In this document: piece after piece, positions 37,986 to 48,500 of the stretch
Position numbering within the stretch: the stretch's first letter is position 1
How the letters are laid out: every line of letters begins with the position of its first letter
Source: Macrostomum lignano
Lineage: Eukaryota
DNA length: 64,000 bases
Direction of reading: 5' to 3'
Assembly (NCBI GenBank): GCA_002269645.1
Contig: NIVC01000326.1
Location: 248,001-312,000, forward strand
Program-made: the position numbers and the translations under genes
Notes under the pieces: model-generated
Database searches by the model: none
What the model was told of the DNA's origin: nothing
What the model saw: only the letters and a program-made list of their open reading frames with translations

Positions 37986-39640
37986 CGTAAGTCTTTTTGT
38001 CTTCTGAGAGGTTGGAGAGAGGAGTGAGGTGATCTGCAGTTGATCTCCATCAAAATTTTATCCTTTATCTATAGCTTTTTCTTCCTTTGTTCAGCCCTCA
38101 AATCCAATCGCTTCTGCTTATTTTCCTGCTCGGTTTCCCTAGCAACCAGAGTTGACTCGCTCTATTGACGCAGTTAAAATTATTCAAATACGATATTAGC
38201 GCATTCGACGTGGCAAATCGTCTCGCGGGTTGGGGAGTGCCATGGCAAATATTCCAGCAGTTTTTTAAATACTGTGTCAATAATATTGCATTAACCCGGG
38301 CCTGCAGGTTAGGCAGCATTTCTTTCTGCTATTCTTGGCATGGTAGATGGCGCCTTATTTACTCTTCTCAGATTGCAAATCAGCTGAAGACGCCTGCAGC
38401 TTTCAGTCTTTGTTGGTAGCCGCCGCGAAGAACCTGCTTGAACGCATATTGACGGATTTCGGGGGATTTTCGATTCTCCTCTCTTCTGTCTTCTGCCTTC
38501 CCTATCCCTTCTGCCTCCCCTCTCCCATGCCTACCCTAAGTGGTCCAGCATCAAAGCAGTTTCGCTTTCGCCACCTCAGGTGGCACTGGCACCTTGCTCA
38601 GACCGGCTGGTGCTGGAAAAATGGCTGAGAGCAAAATAGCGTGCTGTGCTCCCTCCCTCACCACGCCCTGGTTGGGCCAGGCACAGATACTGGAATAACT
38701 AGATGGGCCACTCAGCACATTTGCGTGTAAACTACTTTCAGTTCAGTAGTAAGTTAGGCAGAAGCATTTTAATGTATATATTTTTAAAGCCAAAGCTCAT
38801 TCATTGGTCTTACCTCACAGCATAAACTCCAACCGCGCCTTTTCACTCTACCCCCCCGCCCCAATTTTTTATTGCCTTTCTCGGAATTCCAGCCAAAAGC
38901 TGCCATGTACATTTCAGTGGACTGGCTAATGCATATTATTGGTGAAACCAATTAGAAAGCTGTTTACGCCTGCAAACTTGGGCTTCTAAACTAATCAAAG
39001 TCATTTCAGCTGTCTTTATTTTAAAAATAGCTCATGTATTCTTCTTTGCTACTGAACTGAAAGTAGAAAGCTGTTTTACTAAGTATATGCTTGAGTGGCC
39101 CATCCAGTTATTTTAGAATCTGTGGGCCAGGCCGGGTTTGGGGGCTTAATTGCCTTTTTTGCGCTCCGCCAACGCTCTTCTCCGCCCTGTTGCCCCTCCC
39201 CGTCGGCGGTTTGTGATTGGCTGGCCGGCGGGGTGGGGTTGTCGTCCGCTGGTTGCCCGCCCCCCCTGTCCCTTCCCCCTTCTGCCTTTCCCCCAAATCC
39301 GGAATTTCCATCTCGCCCTTTTCTCTTTCTCTCTCTCCTGCACTCGGGCGACCGTGCAAAACTTTGTGCAGTAGCATATGCGTATATTTGCTTTATTTTT
39401 ATGTCAAAATGATGGCAAATGACGGCATTATAATACGCGTCGTAATTACAAGTTTTTAATGTTCTTCTTTGTCACACTTGCAATGCACAAGAAATAGAGC
39501 TTAAGGGTTTGCTGAATGAATATAAATAATATTTCGTTACTAAATATACTAGTAACATTAAAGTGGAAAGTCAAATAATTGCCTTGCAACTGACAAATAC
39601 ACAATTGAATTCTGATAGACTTTAGAAAAACCTCAGAAAC

Positions 39641-42384
39641 TCAGGAGCCTCTTAGAAACAGCGACAAATAGACAGCAGTCAGTCCGCTGGTGTGGGACGA
39701 GCAGGCTCCTGAAAAAGTACAGTGAGTCCTATTTGCGTTTTGAATTTGAAACCGATTAACAAAATGACACAAAGAACGAGTTCAATTTCTATGGATCTAT
39801 GGACTGTTAATGACTGTCATTAATTGTGGACTCAGGAATCAGGACTCGCCTGATTCGGGACTCATGATTCGGGACTCGGGACTCATGATTCAGGACTCAG
39901 GACTCGGGACTCAGGAGTCGCGACTCAGGACTCAGGACTCGGGACTCAGGAGTCGCGACTCAGGACTCAGGTCTCGGGACTCAGGACTCGGGACTCAGGA
40001 CTCGGGACTCAGGACTCGGGACTCAGGACTCGGGACTCAGGAGTCGCGACTCAGGACTCAGGACTCGGGACTCAGGACTCAGGACTCGGGACTCACCATC
40101 AAGCATCACTTCGTGCATGAGCTTCCGTCCAGTGGGAGCCGTCTGCCGAGTGCTGAGCGAGTTGAGCTCCTCAGGGATGCAGCCCAGCCCCTCGTCCTGC
40201 AGCCGGCGCAGGTGCAGCAGAGTGGAGTCGGTGAAGAAGTCTCGGTAGCCCAGAGAGCCGCAGATGAAAGCTGCAACACGGCGAAGCAATAAAGATAATT
40301 TTTATATTTTCATAATGCCGACAACTTCTTCAACAGTTCCTAAAGCATCTGGTAGCTGAAGTTCTTCGTGATTTCAGTTTTCGTGTTTGAAGAAGTCGTT
40401 TTTTTCTAAAATCGATCACACACACATACCTACCTACCGACGAACCATTTATATGGAAGTTAGTAAAACTGAGGAATGTCAATGCCATGCCTACTCGGCA
40501 ACATGCTCATACAGAGTGTCACAGTAGCCCTGGCTCTCCCATCGTCAGTTAAAAATTACAACCGCCAACAGTGTTCCAGGTCTCAAGCAGAGGTGTCGCC
40601 ATGAACTTTATGGTGGGGGGGGGCGAAGCCAAGAATTCAACATGTGCATGTACATGACTAAATTCCTACATGTCCATTACTTTGAGAATCGGTGTTGTCA
40701 GCGCATTTTAGCGCTGGAACTCATTTTAGCGCCGCAGGTACTCATTTTAGCGCCACAGGCACTCATTTTAGCGCCGCAGGAACTCATTTTAGCGCCGCAG
40801 GAACTCATTTTAGCACCACAGGCACTCATTTTAGCGCCGCGGTCACTCATTTTAGCGCCGCGGGCACTCATTTTAGCGCCACAGGCACTCATTTTAGCGC
40901 CGCGGGCACTCATTTTAGCACCACAGGCACTCATTTTGGCACCAATGACGCTATATTTTGGCGCCTGAAAGAAAAATTATTGATTGCCACAACGGGTCAC
41001 AAGGTGGGGTGGAGAGACAAAGCATTCGCATGTCCCCCTTAGCTTTTACTGGGGGTCCCCCCCGGTGGCGATGCGCCTGGTCTCAAGTGTGCTCACCCTG
41101 CTCCAATGCCAGGTCAATCATGTCGATGCCAGCCGAAGTCAAGGCCAGAATTTTCCGGTGCTCAGCCAGGGCAGACCGACAGGCCTCGGCGGCCACAGAC
41201 TGGTCCACTGACCGGCCGTTGGACAGTCTGAGGTGGCAGGAGCGCTGCAGTGCGGGGCATTCCGAGATCGCTGCAATATGCATGTGGAAATCCTAGGCTA
41301 TGGAAACGGGACCATGATAAAGAGTCTGGCTCACATCGATGGCGGCGGCCCAGTAGATCAGCTGGTGCGTCAGGGCGTAGCCCATGCTTCGCTCAGTGCT
41401 GAGAAACAGCCAGCTGCATGCTGGCGGAGGCTGGCAGGGCGATGAGCGGCTGAAGCGAATCATTAATATTTTTGCAAGGGCTTTAGATAATTCTGTATTC
41501 CACGCTATTTTTGGATGCAGCGACCATTGCTGAATCTACAGTCGCATCTCATGTTCCACACAACTCGAAATGTACCTTCTTTAGACCTCTTGAACTTAAG
41601 GCTGTTGGGACATTTTGAAGTTGCAACATTCGAGAAGGTTTGGCAGAAAGCTGCATAAAAAATCCAAGCATCTACAAACCTGAAGTTCAAGCAGTTGAAA
41701 TCAAACATTTTCGGCTCTTGCAGTTAATACTGCCGGGGTCAAACTCCTGATCACCCTTCATCTTGACAGGTCGCTGAAGACTCACCTTTTGCTTGGACTG
41801 TCCAACAATCTGTTGAAGCAGGCATCGCCCACCGTATCATTGTACTTCATCACCAATCTTTCAACGGACTTCAGCCAAGCCTGAGCCTGCTTAGCGTCTA
41901 CCGCAGCTCCGTGATGTCCCGAGTCTTCAAGCCAGCGCCAGCGAAACCGCCTCTGACTGAGCAGCCGCCGCATCACAGCCTCCATAGGCCGGCAAATGCC
42001 CCAGTAGGTTTCAACATCATAGTCTCCACCGCTTCTCGACTTCTTCCCGCCTACTCGAGCTCGAAAATCGACCAGCACTTGTCGAAGCTGATCGACAGCT
42101 CGACGCAGCTCGGCGGCCTGAGCGTCGCCGCACAGATCTGCAACTCGACGCTCCGTAGCGCTGGCGCTGGTGGGCGCCGAGTCGAAGGTCAGGAAGGCGA
42201 TAGCGGCTCCAAAGTAGCCGTCGGCGTCGATCTTCAGCGAGTTCCTGGCGAAGAGCTCAGCCAGCCGAGACAGCGAGTCAGCTGCTGCACAAATCATGCC
42301 AGAATTCTCAACGCTGGCGGCTGCAGTTCGATAGGTTGGCAACAGAAGAAGAGTCAGAAGTTGCAGGATCTCCCAATAGTGCAT
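39641..42384 (-). CDS. C16orf89: UPF0764 / C16orf89-like secreted protein, paralogue A, ~383 aa
   Basis: Exons 42384-41786, 41449-41335, 41292-41097, 40270-40097, 39708-39641 (1152 nt, phases consistent, one 42-bp intron). Motifs GYALTHQLIYW, DLALEQAFICGSLGY, QDEGLGC and ACSSHTSG match C16orf89 (GYSLSHQLLY, DLFMENIMLCG, WQ..EGCF, GCSSHNTA). Confidence 0.85.
39830..40092. repeat. 7/14-bp repeat (ACTCAGG / ACTCGGG) in C16orf89-A intron 4
   Basis: Array starts inside the donor site GTGAGTCCCGAGTCC (- strand). Confidence 0.92.
40588..41079. mobile_element. hAT-type MITE (492 bp) with an internal 21-bp tandem array, in C16orf89-A intron 3
   Basis: Perfect 8-bp TSD GTCTCAAG (40580-40587 and 41080-41087). 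Imperfect TIRs CAGAGGTGTCGCCA / CAGGCGCATCGCCA (10 of 14 match). Array ACTCATTTTAGCGCCGCAGG at ~40700-40945. Confidence 0.8.
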
Positions 42385-42813
42385 GCCTGCTGTGCAATGC
42401 CTGCTGCCTCTTTTCTGGCTGCGCTCCCAACGCTGTGTGAGTGGTGCTGGTCTGCTCTCAAGGTCTCAAGGAATCCTCTATGGTCGCTTGCCAGGGGTTG
42501 TTTTGTATACCTTTTCAAACTCGAATGTGACACAAGTAACTTCAAATGTGGCTTTTTCGACTGTGACTGGGTGGAAGCATGCGAAATATATGCGAAATGT
42601 CTGTTGCCTCAACCCATCCCCCAATCTAGGGAAAGTCCCCCGCTTCTATTACACTGGCTGAGGGAATCTATAAATATGCCCAATTTATCATAGCCAGAAA
42701 CTATCAAGCCGTAGCTGCTCATGCTGACAGTGGATAATCGTCTCCCTCCCATTCATCTCCAGTGCTTAGAAATTTAATTGTTCTCTGACAATTAATTTTA
42801 CATGTACTATTAA

Positions 42814-43125
42814 ATGCCAAAGCGCCACTGTGCTGCTCTAGATTGCAAGTCAAAGACAGGAGACAGAAATGAAGACGATAGTCCAGTCAGCTTCTTTTCA
42901 TTTCCTGTCATGTTTCCTGAGCACACCAGTGCATGGTTATTGCGCACCAAAACGTTCATTCTAACACGAATCACTTTTGTCTCCTGCGACAGACACTTTT
43001 CTGCGGACGCGTACAGACTGGTTTCAAATGGATCAAACGCCTCTGGCAACAGAAAGAGGCGAAAACTAGGCGCTGCTCCAATGAGCCAATCGATGCAACC
43101 ACGAAGTGCTTCTGATCAGCACTGA
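42814..43125 (+). mobile_element. THAP zinc-finger ORF, probably a P-element-like transposon relic
   Basis: M..HCAALDC..SFFSFP..W..CDRHF..Y pattern of the THAP C2CH domain; no downstream transposase found. Confidence 0.65.
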
Positions 43126-43189
43126 CCACAGCGTGCCACTAATCCAACTGAATGATCGGAGAGGACTGTGCAAGCCATACTTTGCAGCA

Positions 43190-43720
43190 TGACTTACTTG
43201 ACTTAGTTGTGGGACATTCCGCCAGCCCCTGAAGGCCCGCAGACAGGCAGAGGCGTGGGCCCGGTCAGGGTGCTCCGCCGATCCGTCCGTCCTGCAGCGT
43301 GTTCTTCCGCAGGGAAGAAACTGGCTCGTCTTGTCGCCCGAAGGAACTGAATGAGCCGTGGGATGCTGTCGGGCTGGCAGACCTCGTCAATGGACAGGTT
43401 CGGCCCGAGGTAGCGTAGCCGGTCTCTGGTGGTAAAGAAAGGGCAGTGACAAACATTGTGCAGAGCATCTTCATTGTCGTAATCGCAAAAAGGGCAAAGT
43501 TCACTCTCGAGGTCGCCTCGGAGGAAGCAGTGTCTGGCGAGGTAGCCATGGCCGGTAAAGGGCATGACATGGGTTCGAATATCCTTCCGACTTTGGTTCA
43601 GAAGGACTTGCAGCATTCCAGCAGGATGTTGCCGCGGGAGAGTTTTCAGGCTTGTAGTATGAGATCAGAACCAGTGAAAACCACTGGTATTTCTTGCTGA
43701 AAACCATCGTGAAGCACAGC
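43190..43720 (-). mobile_element. 3' fragment of a non-LTR retrotransposon (post-RT CCHC region)
   Basis: FTGHGYLARH..CPFC..EDALHNVCHCPFF, followed on - by short TAAG-containing repeats. Confidence 0.7.
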
Positions 43721-44149
43721 ATTCAACTCCGGCTGAAGCACACGGCAAAGCTGAAACCGGAAGGTCGTTCGGTCCTCAGTATGAAAATACTACTATTGTT
43801 GGACAGTGACATTCCCCGTCTATTCATACTAGTAACAATTGGACTTCACTAAATCATGGGTGAAATAAACCGTGCGTACACAAAATTGCTGAAAGTATTT
43901 GAGCAGCTTGACACTATCCGTTCGCTACGATAATGCCCATACTCCTCCTTCTGTTTCTTCTCCAGCTACCGTTGCTCTCTGCATTACAGACTCACTCAGC
44001 CAATGCAATTAAAGCGGGGGACTGTCCTAAGATTCGATGTGGGTAGGAGCCAGAGACATGTCGCAGGTGAGCAATCCATGATATTCCTTCATCCATGTCT
44101 AAGAGTGACAACCTACATGTGAATGCGTTTCATCGCTGAATACGTGTGA

Positions 44150-44880
44150 AAAAGCGATTAGCTGCAAGCTGTACTATTTGTTCCGAATGCACACCGGTAC
44201 GCGCTACCAAGAAGAGAAGCGAGACATCATCGGCTGACTCCGATCATGAAGGAGCACATAATCAAGAAGCTAAATGCGAACTTTCAAATGACCTCTGTCA
44301 AATGCACTCTGCAAGATTTTCCGGAGTTGCCAAACATCGTGACATCTTGACGGTTTCCCAAGCACTTGATGGACAGCTTTCTCTATGAAACTTCTTCGCG
44401 AGACGCTGACATTCCTGAAGCATCGAAAGTCTAATTGGATGGTAAATTTACCGGATGCGACTCACTCAGGTTTATCTGGATGACCTTGGACTACTTGGCT
44501 ACTTGGACTCGGTGCAGTAAGGGAAGGAGTCTGCGCGGAGCTAGAGAGAGACGCGCCATGCTCACCCAGAGAAGTCCATCACTGAATCTTGTCATGTCCA
44601 CATCGCCTTTGCTGACGAAGTTTGCGAACACGCTGTGTGAGCAGGTTGCTGCAAATATGGACGAGAATCAATTGTGCATCGTTTTGCTGGATGGTGTTCG
44701 ATTTCATCACGGATTGCAGGTGCCCAACGAGTTCGCTGGTCGCATTGAACTGAAGACTGTCTCTTGACTCGCCTTTCCTGAACCCTGTCGAACTGGCCCA
44801 CAGTGCCTTCAAGTTAGCGGTCAAGAGGCAGCTGTCCAATCCAGAAAGAAGTACAGCGAGAAGTCGCATCCCCACCGCCT
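44150..44880 (+). mobile_element. Degenerate Tc1/IS630-like DDE transposase relic
   Basis: FIW..WTRCSKGRSLRG (first-D region), IVLLDGVRFHH (cf. MDNARFH) and, after a frameshift at ~44768, SPFLNPVELAHSAFKLAVKRQL (cf. YSPxLNPIE). Confidence 0.6.
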
Positions 44881-45596
44881 GGATTGACTGCAGTTGAATG
44901 GAGGCTGATGGTCCTTCACAGATGCGGAGAAACCGCGATGGATGACGTGTCTCCAAATAAGTGATTGCAATGGTTCCAGCACACCCTCCGCTTCATCCCG
45001 GGCTTTTTGAAACAGATTTTTGAAACAAATGCGTGTACTTTGTAGATTGTGAGTTTGAATTCGTCAATCAACGACAAATTCCCTAAAAATAGCAGGTCCA
45101 CTTTTCGAGCCTTTTCAGCCTATGTTACTTCTATCGATTTTAAACGATTTGATTAACGTGTGCTACAAATTAATCTGCCAAGTGATAGCTGAACACCGAC
45201 TTCTGTTGCTAGCCCCAAGTTCTGGTGCTGCAGTCAACTGAAGGTCCTCATTACAGTCGTATAGTCTTACAGAAAATGTTGTCAAAACAAAAAACAAAAC
45301 CAACAAAATTTGCTCGTTAAAGATCTAACTTGATCATTTCTGTTTATTCAAATTGATATTAAAATTTTATCCCTCGGATCGCAATCGAGATTACGGATTT
45401 GAGTAGCATTCATTAATTTTGGCCTCGCACGATTGTTTGGTTCAACCTGCTCATTACTTTAATATTGAAGTGCAGCTATGGATAAGCTTCTCATAACTTT
45501 TGAAACGGAGACCTAACTTAACAGCAAACTTGAAATTTTCAGAGGAAAATCATCAGTTTTGTCCCGAGACCAATTAGTTAGCCTCTTAATTCCGAC

Positions 45597-48500
45597 TCAG
45601 CACTGTGGAATGTTGCACGTTTCCCATCTCCTCGACGTCCTGGTGTAGCACCACGGACGCTTCTCGCTGCTGGCAGTGGTGATGCGGCAGGTGTTTCCGA
45701 TCAGACGGGCCAGCTTCAGAGCAGTGTTGGGCACGTGGCAGGTTTTCCCCACTGTGCCGCTGGGGCAGCTCTTGATCTCCCAGCCCTGGCACGGCTTGCC
45801 GCTCCGGGTCACAGCGATGCCCGACACGAAGTTCTTCGTGCCTTTCTTGTAGCACTCGCGCAGTCCTGCAACACAGATTAAAAGACTAAAAGAACTGCCG
45901 AACATGATCTCTAATCTATTGTACTTAGCGAACGGAGGTTCTATTTGTACGAGCCAGTCTTTTTTTATTAGAGGCAGGGGGTTTGTGTGCACCCTGGCGC
46001 ACTTTAAGCGACATAGGCACACAACCGGCGAGAGGCATTACTGCTCATCCCGCCGACTCCCCTGAGCAGGCAGACAAGCGCGCGGATACGTACGCAGGCA
46101 CACACTCACACAGGAGTGTACAGCGGCCCTAACTTTACTTTATCGTTAGGCATGTACACTTCACTGCGCCTTGGGGGGTTGGCTCTCAAGGCCATTAATT
46201 GCACGAGCAGAGCCAAGCCGAAATTCCAATTCAGCCCCAAACTAATGTGACTGCACTTGGAATCGAGCCTGGGTCGCTGGCACACCACAGCTTGCGCTAG
46301 ACCGCTGGGCTACGCCCCCCCCCCTACGAGCTAGTCTACTGAAACCCTTATTTGCAATTGTCAGCGTCATAGCCAATCAGATAGCCAATGCTCAAGATTC
46401 AAGCTTCGCTTACTGACCTCCAACGTTCATTTCTCCTTTTTGATGCTAGCAATCGGCAGTCCATATCGGCAGCCTGATAATGATTGCTACAGGAATAGAA
46501 AGCGATATATGTGTTGCGCACTCACACGCGCTCACACAGGGTGTACAGCGGCCCTGACTTGCTAATCGTCAGATTGTACACTCTCTGTGCCTTGGGGGTT
46601 GGCCCTCATGTACAAACTAGCTGGCCACTATGATGTACTCACTGGGTCCGCAAAGAGGAATGTTGCAAGTTTCCCATCGAGTCGAAGTCTTCGTGTAACA
46701 CCACGGCTTGTTCGAGCCGCCTTGCTCCGTGAAGGTTCGGCACGTGTTGCCAGTGGATTGGGACGCTTTCACAGTAAGGTTGGGGACGTGGCAGGTCCTT
46801 TTCAGCGTATGCCAGGAACAATAACGAACCGTCCAGCTCTGGCACAGCCTGGAGCTCTTTGTTCGGCTCACTGAAGTACTGACAAAGTTCTTATTAGCGA
46901 AGTAGCACTCGCCAAACTCTGTGGGATGCAGGAGACGACCAACAAGAGCGATTAGAAACGTAACTTATGATTTGAGGGGTGCGTGAACTTCTTGGTGCAC
47001 ACCAGTAGGTTAACTTCTTCAATGCTTCCATAACACGTCTAACGCGTCGCGTAATAGTCTGTACACTCACAAGGCGCACGCTTATTGTGTAAATGCACTA
47101 CAAAAGCCAACGTTCTGTATGAAAATCGTTATTGCTAAAAACAACAAAATTCTTGAAGTTGAATTTCGGTTTGAAAAATGGCTATAATAAATATTCCCCA
47201 TTGGCAGCACTAGCCATAGTAGCTACCCATTGGCAGCACTAGCCATAGTAGCTACCCATTGGCAGCACTAGCCATAGTAGCTACCCATTGGCAGCACTAG
47301 CCATAGTAGCTAGCTACCCATTGGCGCAATCCTTTCTTGATTCTGAAAATAAGCAAACACAAGACACCAAAACTTACTGTAGCACTTGGTTCGCTGAGCG
47401 TTCGTAGCGATGGACCCGTACGGACACTTCATACAACGACTCGATCCTGATGACGGAGCGTAGTAGCCCAGAGAGCATTGCGTGCATCTCGACGAGCCGG
47501 CATTCGAAAACGAGCCTGCAGAACAAGGCCTGCAGTTTCTCGAACCTCGGCCGGGCGCGAATGTGCCAGCCTTGCACTTGCTGCAGGAAGCCGCTCCGGT
47601 AGACGAAATGTAGGTTCCGGGTGAGCAGTACTGGCAAGAGCCGCTGGAGTGGGCGTAGGATCCCGCTGGGCAGCTGGCACACCTTGTGGAGCCGGTTTTG
47701 GCCGTGACGCTACCGGCACTGCACTTTCTGCACTTGGAGGACCCACTTGATGAAGCGAAATAGTTTTTCTGACAAGGCAGGCAAGCGGAACTACTCGACT
47801 GACGAACTTTCGCGTTATAATGTCCGGCGGGACACTTTATGGGTCTTATAGAGCCTTTATTTGAAACATAGGTCCCCTGTGGTGCAATTTTACAGACCGC
47901 AGATCCTTCATTCGGCGCGTAGGTGCCCAGGTCGCAATGCTTGCATCCTTTCATCCCTTCGACTGGAGCATATTGACCCTTGGGACATCTCGAACAAGCT
48001 CGGGAACCAGAGCCTGGCGAAAACTGACCAACTGGACATTTTTTACAGCTAGTTGCCGAGCTGCTGAAGGTTCCAGCAGGACACTTTCGACAGGCAGAGC
48101 TGTTCGCCTGTCCTACTTGAGAGTTGACTGTACCAGCAGGGCAGCTTTGGTAACTTTTTGCTCCTCTTTGTGATACATACGTGCCTTTTGGAGCTTTGAT
48201 GCAAACAGACTGCCCCCATTCGGCTGGTATGAACCTGGGGCGCACTGCGAGCACTTCATCGAGCCCGCACTCTCGGAGAATGTACCTGGAGAGCACTTTT
48301 TGCATGGTTGACCTTTCGCGGGACTATACTCGCCTTTTTTGCACGAGTTGCTGCAAGTCCTGGAGCCCTCCACACTTGACGTACCGGCAGGACACTTGGT
48401 GCACTTTACCTGGCCCCTCTTTGCAGCCGAGAAGCCTCTGGAGCACGGCTTGCACTGCTTCAGCCCTTGCGAGTCTCCGTAGTGACCGTAAGGACACGGC

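Noticed and set aside
39095-39400. GC-rich CCAAT/GC-box segment as the FReD promoter
   Set aside because: Plausible (ATTGG near 39217, donor-like site near 38812) but unsupported without transcript data
41911-42693. 260-aa + strand ORF (and 61250-61627, 51116-51841)
   Set aside because: Antisense shadows of GC-rich C16orf89 and MACPF coding exons
44579-45101. P-element transposase on the - strand linked to the THAP ORF
   Set aside because: Orientation is opposite to the THAP, and the + strand gives a much better Tc1/IS630 motif series
46255-46322. Functional tRNA gene
   Set aside because: A and B boxes are present but there is no acceptor stem or clean anticodon arm; it continues into a repeated SINE body
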